Positions 1 through 8,243 of a stretch of DNA of 32,000 nucleotides are shown one piece after another. The DNA lies in contig OW818675.1 of NCBI GenBank assembly GCA_942493095.1, positions 120,001-152,000 of the forward strand, given 5' to 3'. The number at the start of each line of letters is the position of its first letter. Within the stretch, counting starts at the first letter, position 1. The notes below the pieces were generated by a model, which had not been told where the DNA came from, did no database searches, and saw nothing but the letters and a program-made list of their open reading frames with translations. Both the position numbers and the translations under genes were made by a program. The stretch comes from Candidatus Electronema halotolerans (lineage in GTDB: Bacteria; Desulfobacterota; Desulfobulbia; Desulfobulbales; Desulfobulbaceae).

Positions 1-2
1 TG

Positions 3-461
3 GAGGCGGTCTGCGCCAAGATCATGGAAAACGAGCTGCATGGCAAGCATTATTCGATTGTCGTGGTTGCGGAAGGAGCCAAGGCTGAGGGCGGCCAAGT
101 GGTCAGTCAAGGCGCGGGCGAGACAGGCCGGACTGAACCGCTGCTGGGCGGCATCGGCAAAAGGGTGGCTGAGGAAATCCGGCAGCGGACTGGCAAGGAC
201 ACCCGCGACTTGGTCTTGGGGCATCTGCAGCGCGGCGGTTCCCCCACCACCTTTGACCGGCTGCTGGCTCTGCGCTTTGGCGCGGCAGCCGTGCGCATGG
301 CTGAGGCTGGCAAGTTTGATCAGATGGTGGCGTGGATTCCGCCGGACATGGCGGCAGTGTCGCTGGAGGAAGCGGTCCGCAGCCGCAAGTACGTTGACCT
401 GAACAGCGACAAGATACTGACCGCCCGCTCCATCGGCATCTGCCTTGGCGACAAGGAATGA
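3..461 (+). CDS. pfkA: ATP-dependent 6-phosphofructokinase, C-terminal part (5' end outside window)
   Basis: Frame is open to the window edge upstream of the listed Met; contains VLGHLQRGGSPTTFDRLLALRFGAAAV, typical of PFK; stop overlaps the next start as ATGA. Confidence 0.9.
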   Translation, partial: EAVCAKIMENELHGKHYSIVVVAEGAKAEGGQVVSQGAGETGRTEPLLGGIGKRVAEEIRQRTGKDTRDLVLGHLQRGGSPTTFDRLLALRFGAAAVRMAEAGKFDQMVAWIPPDMAAVSLEEAVRSRKYVDLNSDKILTARSIGICLGDKE

Positions 462-1120
462 GCACTGCCGCTGTTCTGCGCGAAATCCACGAGCTTCTGC
501 TGGCCCGCTTTGGGCAGCAGCACTGGTGGCCGGGCGAGACTCCCTTTGAAATCATGGTCGGGGCGGTGCTGACCCAGAACACAAGCTGGCAGAATGTCGA
601 AAAGGCGATTGCCAACTTGAAAGAGGCGGGGCTGCTCTCGCCAGCCGCCTTGACCGCCCTGCCGCCCGAAGTTTTAGCCGAGCATATCCGGCCTGCTGGC
701 TATCACAATCTCAAGGCGGGCAGGCTGAAGAATCTGCTTGCCCTGATTGCGGCCCAAGGCGGCGTGGAAGCGCTCTTAGCCCAGCCGACCGCCGCTCTGC
801 GCCAACTGCTGCTGGCCGTGAAAGGCATTGGGCCGGAGACTGCTGACTCCATTGTCCTGTATGCGGCAGGCAGGCCAGTTTTTGTGGTTGATGCCTACAC
901 GCACCGTGTCTGCTCCCGGCACGGGCTGATTGATGAGCAAGGCGATTACTTTCAGCTCCAAGAGCTGTTCATGGACAATATGGCAGAGGATGTCGCTCTG
1001 TTCAACGAGTATCATGCCCTGCTGGTGCGGCTAGGCAAGGAGTTCTGCAAAAAATCCAAGCCGCGCTGCAAAGACTGTCCGCTGGCGGCCTTGGGCGGGC
1101 AAGAACTGCGGCTTGCCTGA
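458..1120 (+). CDS. Endonuclease III family DNA glycosylase (HhH-GPD, [4Fe-4S])
   Basis: VKGIGPETADSIVLYAAGRPVFVVDAYTHRV (HhH-GPD with catalytic Asp) and C-terminal Cys cluster CKKSKPRCKDC. Confidence 0.85.
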   Translation: MSTAAVLREIHELLLARFGQQHWWPGETPFEIMVGAVLTQNTSWQNVEKAIANLKEAGLLSPAALTALPPEVLAEHIRPAGYHNLKAGRLKNLLALIAAQGGVEALLAQPTAALRQLLLAVKGIGPETADSIVLYAAGRPVFVVDAYTHRVCSRHGLIDEQGDYFQLQELFMDNMAEDVALFNEYHALLVRLGKEFCKKSKPRCKDCPLAALGGQELRLA

Positions 1121-1259
1121 ATCACCGCATCACCGAGGTGGATTGATCACCTTGACCGCAATCTGGCCTGTGGCAGGCTTGGCCCAGAGCAGTCCGGGCT
1201 GCCTGAATAAAGCAGGCGGCGGACGGTTGCACTATGGTGGAGCTGTGGTTTCCACTATA

Positions 1260-1287
1260 GTAGGGGCGAAAGATTTTTCGCCCCTAC
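1260..1287. repeat. 28-nt hairpin repeat, copy 1
   Basis: GTAGGGGCGAAAGATTTTTCGCCCCTAC; identical to 1448-1475; self-complementary arms. Confidence 0.85.
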
Positions 1288-1329
1288 CTGCCCCGTTCAT
1301 TCTATTCCCTCCAAGATGCCCCGGATGCC

Positions 1330-1444
1330 GATAGGTGCCTTGCGCTGAGGACGATAGGAGCCTATCTCTGTTGGCGATAGGTACCTATGAGTTTTGGCGA
1401 TAGGAGCCTATCTCTGAAAGACATAGGTTCCTATCTCTCCGCCG
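1330..1444. repeat. Five-unit tandem array of short palindromes, 23-bp period
   Basis: Units begin at 1330, 1353, 1376, 1399 and 1422 with core GATAGGNNCCTATC (unit 1 degenerate, units 3 and 5 one change). Confidence 0.85.
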
Positions 1445-1447
1445 TCT

Positions 1448-1475
1448 GTAGGGGCGAAAGATTTTTCGCCCCTAC
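1448..1475. repeat. 28-nt hairpin repeat, copy 2
   Basis: Exact second copy of 1260-1287. Confidence 0.85.
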
Positions 1476-1485
1476 CCGCCCGCGC

Positions 1486-4400
1486 TCATTCCCTGCCGCT
1501 GTACGGCGCAAAGGCCCGCTCCGCCTTGGCGCGGTATGCAATAGCCCGGCTGCTGTCGCCCTGCTGGTCGGCGATGCGGGCAAGAGTATTGTAGGTCTTC
1601 CATATCTCCGCTGCTGCCGGGTCAAGGGCTTCGCTGATGGCCAAGCCTTCCTCAGCCAGGCTGCGGGCCTCGTCCAGGCGGGCCGGGTCATCTTTCAGCA
1701 GGTTGGCAAGGTTGTTGAGGGTGCGGGCTATACCGGGCCGGTCGTCCGCTGCTCGGCAGACTGTCAATGCCTTGTCATACCACTGCTCCGCCTCTGCCTT
1801 GCGACCTGTGAACATGCAGACTTGGGCGAGCTGATCCCAGCTATTGCCAGCACTCACGCTGCCTCCCAGCATTCCCTGCTCCTCCTTGAGACGGGCGGCC
1901 TGCCGATATGCCTGCTCCGCTGCCTCCCACTGCTCTGCGTCCTGATAGACTATGCCTAACTGGTGCCAGAACACAGCCTCGCTTGCAGGCTCATTGATGC
2001 GCTGAAACAGCGACAGGGCTTCCTTGAACCGCTCTGCCGCCTCAGCCAGCTCGTCCTGCATATAGGCCAGGGTGCCGAGCTGTCCCTTACTTACCGCAAC
2101 GGCCCGCGTGTCTCCCAGCTCCTCAGCAATCTCTAAGCCTGCCTGATAGGCTTCCTTGGCCTGGTCATACTGTCTCTGGTCACAGAGCACATCAGCCAGG
2201 TCGGTCCAGGCAAAGCCGGTCAGCCGCCGCACTCCGTCGCTCTGCTCCAACTGGGCCAGTTCCTCCAGCTCCTGCCGGTAGAGCTGCTCCGCCTGCGCAG
2301 GCTGGCCTTGTGCTCTATAGCAGCGGCCCAGCCTGTGTAAGGTGATGCAGCGTTCATAACTGGGAGTCTCCCCCAGTCCCTTGAGGATGTCAGCAAAGAC
2401 TGCCTCAGCCTGCTTGGGCTGGCCGCTGTTCAAAAGCTGCTCGCCGAGGTTGCTGCGGGAGAGATACCACGCCTTTGAGCCGACCACGCCGCCTGCCTTG
2501 CCTGCCGCCTCAGTCAATTCCTCAGCGTCCCGCCGTAGCCCGAAGTATCGGAGAAAGAGATTGACGTTATTAGCAAAGTCCACGCCCTCCTCGCTTCTGC
2601 CTGACTGCAAGGCGGCATGGACAGCCCGGAGCATATTCGGCAGCTCGTGCCGGGCAACAGCGCGGGCTGCATGGGGATTTGTTCTATCCAACCTGTACAG
2701 CTCATTGGAAAGCTGGTAGTACGCCTGCCAATAGCCTTCCAGTAGCTCGTCCTGCTCCTCCTTGCCCAGCTTCTGCCACAAGGCCAGGGCCAAGGTCGGG
2801 TGGAAGCGCAGGAAGGTCTTGTCAGCCACCGGCACCCGCTCCGCCTGCATCAGTCCAGCCCGGAGCAGATGGCTGCGCAGCTCGTGCCAGTCTGCCTCCT
2901 CAAAGCCTGTCACCATGCAGACCATCTCCTCCAAACATCCCCCGGCGAAGACTCCCAGCCTTGGCAGCCACTTCCTGCACTGCTCCGGCAGCCGCTCAAT
3001 GGACAGCTCCAGCGAGGCAAGCAGGCTGCGGTCTTCCCGGTTCAGCGGCTGCTCCTCCAGCAAGGCCTCCAGCCGCCCGCTCACGTCCGCCGGGCCGCGC
3101 ACCTTGAGCTGCTGGGCCAGCAGGCTGATGGACAGCGGATGAAAGCCGACCTTGTCGAACAGCCTGATCAGGACATCGCGCCGGGGCCGTTCCCGTTCAG
3201 CCTTGGGCGGCAGACGGCGCAGCTCGTCAAACCAGTCCACGGCATCGCCGGGTTGCAGGCCCTGCAAGGCAAGGGCTTGATGCGCATAGCTGCCTGCCAG
3301 CGGATAGCTCGGATGGCGGAAGTCCGGCTGGCGCGAGGTGAGGAGGACGCGGCAGCCCTCAGCCGCTGACCATTGGGCTGCGGCATCCAGCAGCTCATGC
3401 AGCCCGCGCCCCTCAGCCAGGCTCTCCAAGTTGTCGAGAATCAGCAGGGTCGGCGTGCTGTCCAGCGATGCCTTGACCGCCGCCTCATCCGGCAGATTCT
3501 CGGCAAAGACCGCCTGCATCGTCGCCACCGCCATGCTTGCCGGGTCGCTGCCCTGATAGGCGGCATAGCTGATAAAGCAGACCCGCTGAAAGAGCTTGGT
3601 GCGCAGGAACCAGCGGCCTGCTTCCACGGCCAGCGCGGTCTTGCCTTGGCCGCCAAAGCCGGTGATGCTGAAACGGCGGCAGCCCTCCACGGCAAAGGCA
3701 CGCTCGATCCGCCACAGCTCCCTGCTCCGGCCAAAGAAACCGGACTCCTGCGGCTTAGGCAGATTGGCGGGCGGCTCGGCTTTGGCCGCCAGACTGTCCG
3801 CGCCCTCGGCACTGAGCAGCGGCTGATCTGTCCCGCTCTGATACAGGGTCGGCAAGAACCAGTCGTGCAGGTCCAGCTTGAACTCCTCGGCCAGCCCTGC
3901 GCCGCGCAGCCGGATGCCGCGCTCCGGGTTGAAGCAGAGACGGTGCCGGGCCTCGTCCAAGGAACTTGCCGGGCTGCGTCCCTTGAACAGGCTGCGGTAG
4001 AACTCGGCAAAGAGCTGCTCCGCCGTGCTGACCAAGACGCTGTGGCTCATGGCGATGACCGCAGGAATGCCCGCATGAACCAGCCGGGCCGCTGCGCTGC
4101 TCATCGGGTCTTCGCTGTTCATCATCGCCGATTGGCAGGCCGACAGCACGACCAAGCCCGCATGGTTGCGGAAGAGCAGCTCGCCGAACTCCTGCGCGGA
4201 AACCAAGTCCTTGCCGCCGTCCTTGTCCTCAAACAGGAGCCAGCCCTGCTTCTTGTCCGCCGCCGCGCCGCCTTCCTTGCTGTACTCGCCCTTCCCGGCT
4301 CTGTCCAAGCTGCTCTCGCTGGCAAAGCTGCCGTGGCCGTCAAAGTGGATAATATCGACCTTGGGCAGGCGGGTGTCCCGCAGCCGCTGCCTGAGCCGCT

Positions 4401-5025
4401 CCAGCGTGGCAGGCCGGAGGAACTCCACCTCCACCCGCACCTGCTTCTGTTCCCCCAAGGCATTCAGCACCGCCTGAGCATCGCTGCGCGGATTGATGAA
4501 CCCGGCTCCCTCTGGCCTGCTGATGAGAAAGAGGAGATGCAGGGCAGGCTTGGGCGCACGCTCATGCGGACTGCGGCCCTGTCCCGCGCTCGGCAGGCCC
4601 CGACGGATGGAGATAGACGGGTTCTCGTTGAAGAGATAGGAGCCGCCCGGCGTGGCCAGCAGCTCCCACGGCAGGGAAAGCACCGCCGGGTGGTCGGCAG
4701 CAATACTGAGTACCCGGCCTTCCTCCTCCGCCTCCAAGAAGCGGTCAAAGAGCTTGGCCGCCTTGCGGTCGCTGTCAAAGACGGCGGAGAACAGGGCTGC
4801 TCCCCAGACCGGCAGCCGCGCCTTGACTGCGGCAGCCCGCGCATCGTCCGGCTCGGCAGCATACTGAGTACCGTAGTCCTCCACGTACCAGCGCAGTTCC
4901 TTGAGGTCGTCCTCTGTCAGCGGACTGGTGAACTCGGCTGGCTGGCTGAAGTCGGGCGCATTGCCCAGCAGGGCAACGCTGACATGGGCGGGGTCGGGGA
5001 AGGTGAGACGCAGTTCTGTGGGCAT
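1486..5025 (-). CDS. CHAT-domain (caspase-like) protease fused to STAND/NB-ARC-like ATPase and C-terminal TPR array
   Basis: VDIIHFDGHGS and GLVVLSACQSA give the CHAT His/Cys motifs; P-loop GFGGQGKTALAVEA followed by PTLLILDNLES; many TPR-like repeats at the C-terminus. Start reassigned from 5343 to the ATG at 5025, preceded by AAGGAGGTTCCCCA (strong Shine-Dalgarno). Confidence 0.88.
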   Translation of the reverse strand: MPTELRLTFPDPAHVSVALLGNAPDFSQPAEFTSPLTEDDLKELRWYVEDYGTQYAAEPDDARAAAVKARLPVWGAALFSAVFDSDRKAAKLFDRFLEAEEEGRVLSIAADHPAVLSLPWELLATPGGSYLFNENPSISIRRGLPSAGQGRSPHERAPKPALHLLFLISRPEGAGFINPRSDAQAVLNALGEQKQVRVEVEFLRPATLERLRQRLRDTRLPKVDIIHFDGHGSFASESSLDRAGKGEYSKEGGAAADKKQGWLLFEDKDGGKDLVSAQEFGELLFRNHAGLVVLSACQSAMMNSEDPMSSAAARLVHAGIPAVIAMSHSVLVSTAEQLFAEFYRSLFKGRSPASSLDEARHRLCFNPERGIRLRGAGLAEEFKLDLHDWFLPTLYQSGTDQPLLSAEGADSLAAKAEPPANLPKPQESGFFGRSRELWRIERAFAVEGCRRFSITGFGGQGKTALAVEAGRWFLRTKLFQRVCFISYAAYQGSDPASMAVATMQAVFAENLPDEAAVKASLDSTPTLLILDNLESLAEGRGLHELLDAAAQWSAAEGCRVLLTSRQPDFRHPSYPLAGSYAHQALALQGLQPGDAVDWFDELRRLPPKAERERPRRDVLIRLFDKVGFHPLSISLLAQQLKVRGPADVSGRLEALLEEQPLNREDRSLLASLELSIERLPEQCRKWLPRLGVFAGGCLEEMVCMVTGFEEADWHELRSHLLRAGLMQAERVPVADKTFLRFHPTLALALWQKLGKEEQDELLEGYWQAYYQLSNELYRLDRTNPHAARAVARHELPNMLRAVHAALQSGRSEEGVDFANNVNLFLRYFGLRRDAEELTEAAGKAGGVVGSKAWYLSRSNLGEQLLNSGQPKQAEAVFADILKGLGETPSYERCITLHRLGRCYRAQGQPAQAEQLYRQELEELAQLEQSDGVRRLTGFAWTDLADVLCDQRQYDQAKEAYQAGLEIAEELGDTRAVAVSKGQLGTLAYMQDELAEAAERFKEALSLFQRINEPASEAVFWHQLGIVYQDAEQWEAAEQAYRQAARLKEEQGMLGGSVSAGNSWDQLAQVCMFTGRKAEAEQWYDKALTVCRAADDRPGIARTLNNLANLLKDDPARLDEARSLAEEGLAISEALDPAAAEIWKTYNTLARIADQQGDSSRAIAYRAKAERAFAPYSGRE

Positions 5026-5158
5026 TGGGGAACCTCCTTGGGCATTGAGATGGCTGCGAAGAACGGAAAATATACCCTGCCCGCAGCGCAGAGGCAAGCA
5101 GCCTTGCGCAGTACCCGGCGCAGAGGCGTATATTTCCTTCATGTACACACCAACAAGC

Positions 5159-5201
5159 ACTTGGTGTCTCCACCAAGTTTCGGTTGGTGGAGACACCAAG
5201 T
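5159..5201. promoter_or_regulatory. Perfect 18-bp inverted repeat with 7-nt loop, upstream of the CHAT gene
   Basis: ACTTGGTGTCTCCACCAA-gtttcgg-TTGGTGGAGACACCAAGT; also ACACCAA at 5147-5153. Confidence 0.8.
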
Positions 5202-5312
5202 CTGCGCCGAAGCACTTGAGCACTGACTCGTTGCTCAGGTCGCCCCACTTCTGCCACTGGGTGTGCGGATGCTTTCTGCTGCATGCTGCCGGGAAGGAAC
5301 GGACTGGGGAAT

Positions 5313-5349
5313 AAAAAAAGGACTTAACGCTGTGCAGCGTCAAGTCCTT
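5313..5349 (-). terminator. Rho-independent terminator downstream of the tRNA-Val/tRNA-Asp pair
   Basis: Minus-strand AAGGACTTgACGCT-gcac-AGCGTtAAGTCCTT followed by TTTTT. Confidence 0.75.
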
Positions 5350-5357
5350 GATTTTAC

Positions 5358-5434
5358 TGGCGGGGCCGACCGGGCTCGAACCGGCGACCTCCGGCGTGAC
5401 AGGCCGGCATTCTAACCAGCTGAACTACGACCCC
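5358..5434 (-). tRNA. tRNA-Asp (GTC)
   Basis: GGGGTCGTAGTTCAGCTGGTTAGAATGCCGGCCTGTCACGCCGGAGGTCGCCGGTTCGAGCCCGGTCGGCCCCGCCA; cloverleaf with encoded CCA. Confidence 0.95.
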
Positions 5435-5440
5435 GGAATT

Positions 5441-5516
5441 TGGTGGGCGAAACAGGGTTCGAACCTGTGACCCTCGGCTTGTAAGGCCGATGCTCTCCCA
5501 ACTGAGCTATTCGCCC
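5441..5516 (-). tRNA. tRNA-Val (TAC)
   Basis: GGGCGAATAGCTCAGTTGGGAGAGCATCGGCCTTACAAGCCGAGGGTCACAGGTTCGAACCTGTTTCGCCCACCA. Confidence 0.95.
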
Positions 5517-5593
5517 TGCAAATGATGTTCTGCTTATTTACCATGCCGCCGCCTGTCCGTCAATCAGAAAAATGCAGCAGGAGAAAAAAGTTT

Positions 5594-8011
5594 TCAATGA
5601 CCGAGCTGCCGGGCCGGGCTGTTGTGGGCCGAGATGCTGACATCATGATAAATTGCCTCCAAGGTGATCTCCCGGAACAACTCCTCGCCGTCCCGGAGAA
5701 GCAGGGCGCGGCTGAGAACTTCATCCACATGCTCAACCAGAATGATCTCCAAGCTGCCGCGCACATGTTCCGGCACATCGGTCAAATCGCGCTCGTTCTC
5801 CTTGGGCAGGATCACCCGGATGATGCCGCCCCGGCGGGCTGCGAGCAGCTTTTCAGTCAGGCCGCCAATCGGCAGCACCCGGCCCCGGAGGGTGATCTCG
5901 CCGGTCATGGCCAGCTGGCGGTCCACCTGCACCTTGAGCAGGGCCGAGACGATGGAGGTGGCAATGGTGATGCCCGCAGACGGCCCGTCCTTGGGAATCG
6001 CCCCCTCCGGCACATGGACGTGAATATCCACTTTCTGGTAAAAACCGGCATCCAGCCCCAGGCGCATGGAGCGGGAGCGGACATAGGCCAGCGCAGCCTG
6101 AGCTGACTCCTGCATGACCTCGCCCAGCTTGCCAGTCACCGTCATCTTGCCAGTGCCGGGCATCAGGGCGGTTTCAATCTGGAGCAGCTCGCCGCCGACT
6201 TCAGTCCACGCCAGCCCGGTCACCAAGCCGATCTCGTCCCGCTTCTCAGCCAGCCCGTAGCGGTGCTTGGGCACGCCAAGATATTTGGCCACAGACTCGT
6301 CCGCGAGCTGGTATTTCTTCTCCGGCTCCTTGTTTTGCAGCCGCTCGCGGGCCACTTTGCGGCAGATTGAAGCAAGGGTGCGCTCCAAGTCGCGGACTCC
6401 GGCCTCGCGGGTGTAGCAGCGGACAATCTCCAAGACAGCCTCTTCAGAGAAGACAATGTCGTCTTCGGCAAAGCCGTTGCGCTCCAACTGCTTGGGGGCA
6501 AGATGATCTTGAGCGATGCGCAGCTTTTCCTCCTCAGTGTAGCCGCTCAGGCGAATGATCTCCATCCGGTCTTGCAGGGGCAGGGGAATGCCGTGCAAGT
6601 TGTTGGCCGTGGCAATAAAAAAGACCTCGGACAGATCATAGTCCAGATCAAGATAATGGTCGTTGAAGGCGTTGTTCTGCTCCGGGTCCAGCACCTCCAA
6701 CAGGGCTGAGGAGGGATCGCCCCGGAAATCAACGCTCATCTTGTCAACCTCATCCAAGCAGAAAACCGGGTTGATCACCTCGGCCTTTTGCATGGAGTGC
6801 ATGATCTTGCCGGGCAGAGCACCGATATAGGTGCGGCGGTGGCCACGAATTTCCGCCTCGTCCCGCACCCCGCCCAGCGAGAGGCGGGCAAACTTGCGGT
6901 TCATAGCTCTGGCAATCGACTTGCAGACCGAGGTTTTGCCCACGCCGGGCGGCCCGACCAGACAGATGATCGGCCCTCTGATTTTCTCCACCTGCGCCTG
7001 CACGGCCAAATACTCCAGGATGCGCTCCTTGGCCTTTTTCAAACCGTAATGATCCTGATCAAGGATGCGCTCCGCCTCCTCAATGTCAATCTTGGCCTCG
7101 CTCTTCTCAGTCCACGGCAGACTGATGATGGTGTCGAGATAGTTGCGCACTACTGTGCTTTCCGCCGACATGGGCGGCATGGCCCGGAGCTTGCTCATCT
7201 CCCGCTCCGCCTTTTCCCGCACTGCCTGTGGCAGCTCCTTCTTGTCCAAGGCTTCTTGCAGCTCGCTGTAGTCGTCCGCGCCCTGGCCCATCTCCTGCTG
7301 GATTTCCTTGACCTTTTCGCCAAGATAATAGTTGCGCTGGTTGTCAGCCATCCGTTTTTTAACTTTGACCTCAATGGACTTTTCCAGCTCGTCGATCTCA
7401 AGCTCACGGAAGAGCAGCTCCACAGTCCGGCGCAGGCGCTCTGGCAGCGAAACGGTTTCCAGCAGCTCCTGCTTCTCCTCAGTGCGCAGCTGGATATGGG
7501 CGGCAATCAGATCGGCAAGGCGAGCCGGATGCTCCATCACCGCCGCAGCCTTGACTATTTCCGCAGGAATCTTTTTCCGACTGATCTTTGCGTATGCTTC
7601 AAAGGCATGGCGCAGCTCGCGGATATAGGCAGGCAGCTCCGGGCTGTCCTCGTCTGTGTCGGCCAGCTCCCGCAAATCCGCCCGCAGTATCCAATCGCTG
7701 AACTCCAGATAGGCGGAAACCTCGGCCCGCCGCTTGCCTTCAACCAAGGCTTTGAGACTGCCGTCCGGCAGGCGCAGGAGCTGGATGACTGAAGCCAGCA
7801 CTCCGCAACGGTGCAGGTCGCCGGACTGTGGGTCATCAATGCCCGCCTCCTTCTGCGCCACCAGAAAGATCAGGGAACGCTTCTCCATCGCATATTCCAA
7901 GGCGCGGGCCGAGTTTTTCCGGCCCACAACCAAGGGGGCGATCATGCCGGGGAAAAGGACGATATCCCGCAGCGGCATGACCGGATAGCGGATCAGATTG
8001 AATTCAGACAT
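5594..8011 (-). CDS. lon: ATP-dependent endopeptidase La (Lon)
   Basis: N-terminal [12 protein letters not shown]-like motif ([21 protein letters not shown]), [15 protein letters not shown], catalytic [14 protein letters not shown]. Confidence 0.97.
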   Translation of the reverse strand: MSEFNLIRYPVMPLRDIVLFPGMIAPLVVGRKNSARALEYAMEKRSLIFLVAQKEAGIDDPQSGDLHRCGVLASVIQLLRLPDGSLKALVEGKRRAEVSAYLEFSDWILRADLRELADTDEDSPELPAYIRELRHAFEAYAKISRKKIPAEIVKAAAVMEHPARLADLIAAHIQLRTEEKQELLETVSLPERLRRTVELLFRELEIDELEKSIEVKVKKRMADNQRNYYLGEKVKEIQQEMGQGADDYSELQEALDKKELPQAVREKAEREMSKLRAMPPMSAESTVVRNYLDTIISLPWTEKSEAKIDIEEAERILDQDHYGLKKAKERILEYLAVQAQVEKIRGPIICLVGPPGVGKTSVCKSIARAMNRKFARLSLGGVRDEAEIRGHRRTYIGALPGKIMHSMQKAEVINPVFCLDEVDKMSVDFRGDPSSALLEVLDPEQNNAFNDHYLDLDYDLSEVFFIATANNLHGIPLPLQDRMEIIRLSGYTEEEKLRIAQDHLAPKQLERNGFAEDDIVFSEEAVLEIVRCYTREAGVRDLERTLASICRKVARERLQNKEPEKKYQLADESVAKYLGVPKHRYGLAEKRDEIGLVTGLAWTEVGGELLQIETALMPGTGKMTVTGKLGEVMQESAQAALAYVRSRSMRLGLDAGFYQKVDIHVHVPEGAIPKDGPSAGITIATSIVSALLKVQVDRQLAMTGEITLRGRVLPIGGLTEKLLAARRGGIIRVILPKENERDLTDVPEHVRGSLEIILVEHVDEVLSRALLLRDGEELFREITLEAIYHDVSISAHNSPARQLGH

Positions 8012-8243
8012 ATATCTTTCTTAGTAATCAGTTATGCGTGGCCAGCTTGGCCTTGCGCAGAACAGCTGTGCAAAGTATGAAGGTGCGGACAATGCTTTGC
8101 CTTTGCCTGCATGTCGCGTTTACGTTTTTCATCTTTTAAGTCGGCAATGTATTCGGATAAATGCTCAAGAAACTGTTCTTTAAGCTATTAACATTCGAGC
8201 ATTCTCGATAAAGTGACAACAGCTTCAACTGGCGGCCCGCAGG

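Noticed and set aside
1330-1475. Possible CRISPR array
   Set aside because: 23-bp units have no constant repeat plus unique 30-nt spacer structure, and no cas genes are in the window; better described as tandem palindromes.
1387-1959. 190-aa plus-strand ORF
   Set aside because: Starts inside the repeat array and runs antisense to the CHAT-STAND C-terminus; Ala/Val-rich shadow ORF.
3373-5226. 617-aa plus-strand ORF antisense to the CHAT gene
   Set aside because: Lies entirely opposite a well-supported domain-rich CDS plus its leader; high GC produces long open antisense frames; no recognisable motifs.
5026-5343. N-terminal extension of the 1285-aa ORF (MTLHSVKSFFYS...)
   Set aside because: It spans the tRNA terminator and the 18-bp hairpin and has no domain content; the ATG at 5025 has a strong Shine-Dalgarno.
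6788-7792. 334-aa plus-strand ORF antisense to lon
   Set aside because: Fully inside lon on the opposite strand, no motifs.
8012-8243. Possible regulatory element between the TPR ORF and lon (TCGAG...CTCGA at about 8190-8205)
   Set aside because: Very short imperfect dyad, not a match to the CIRCE consensus; insufficient to call.
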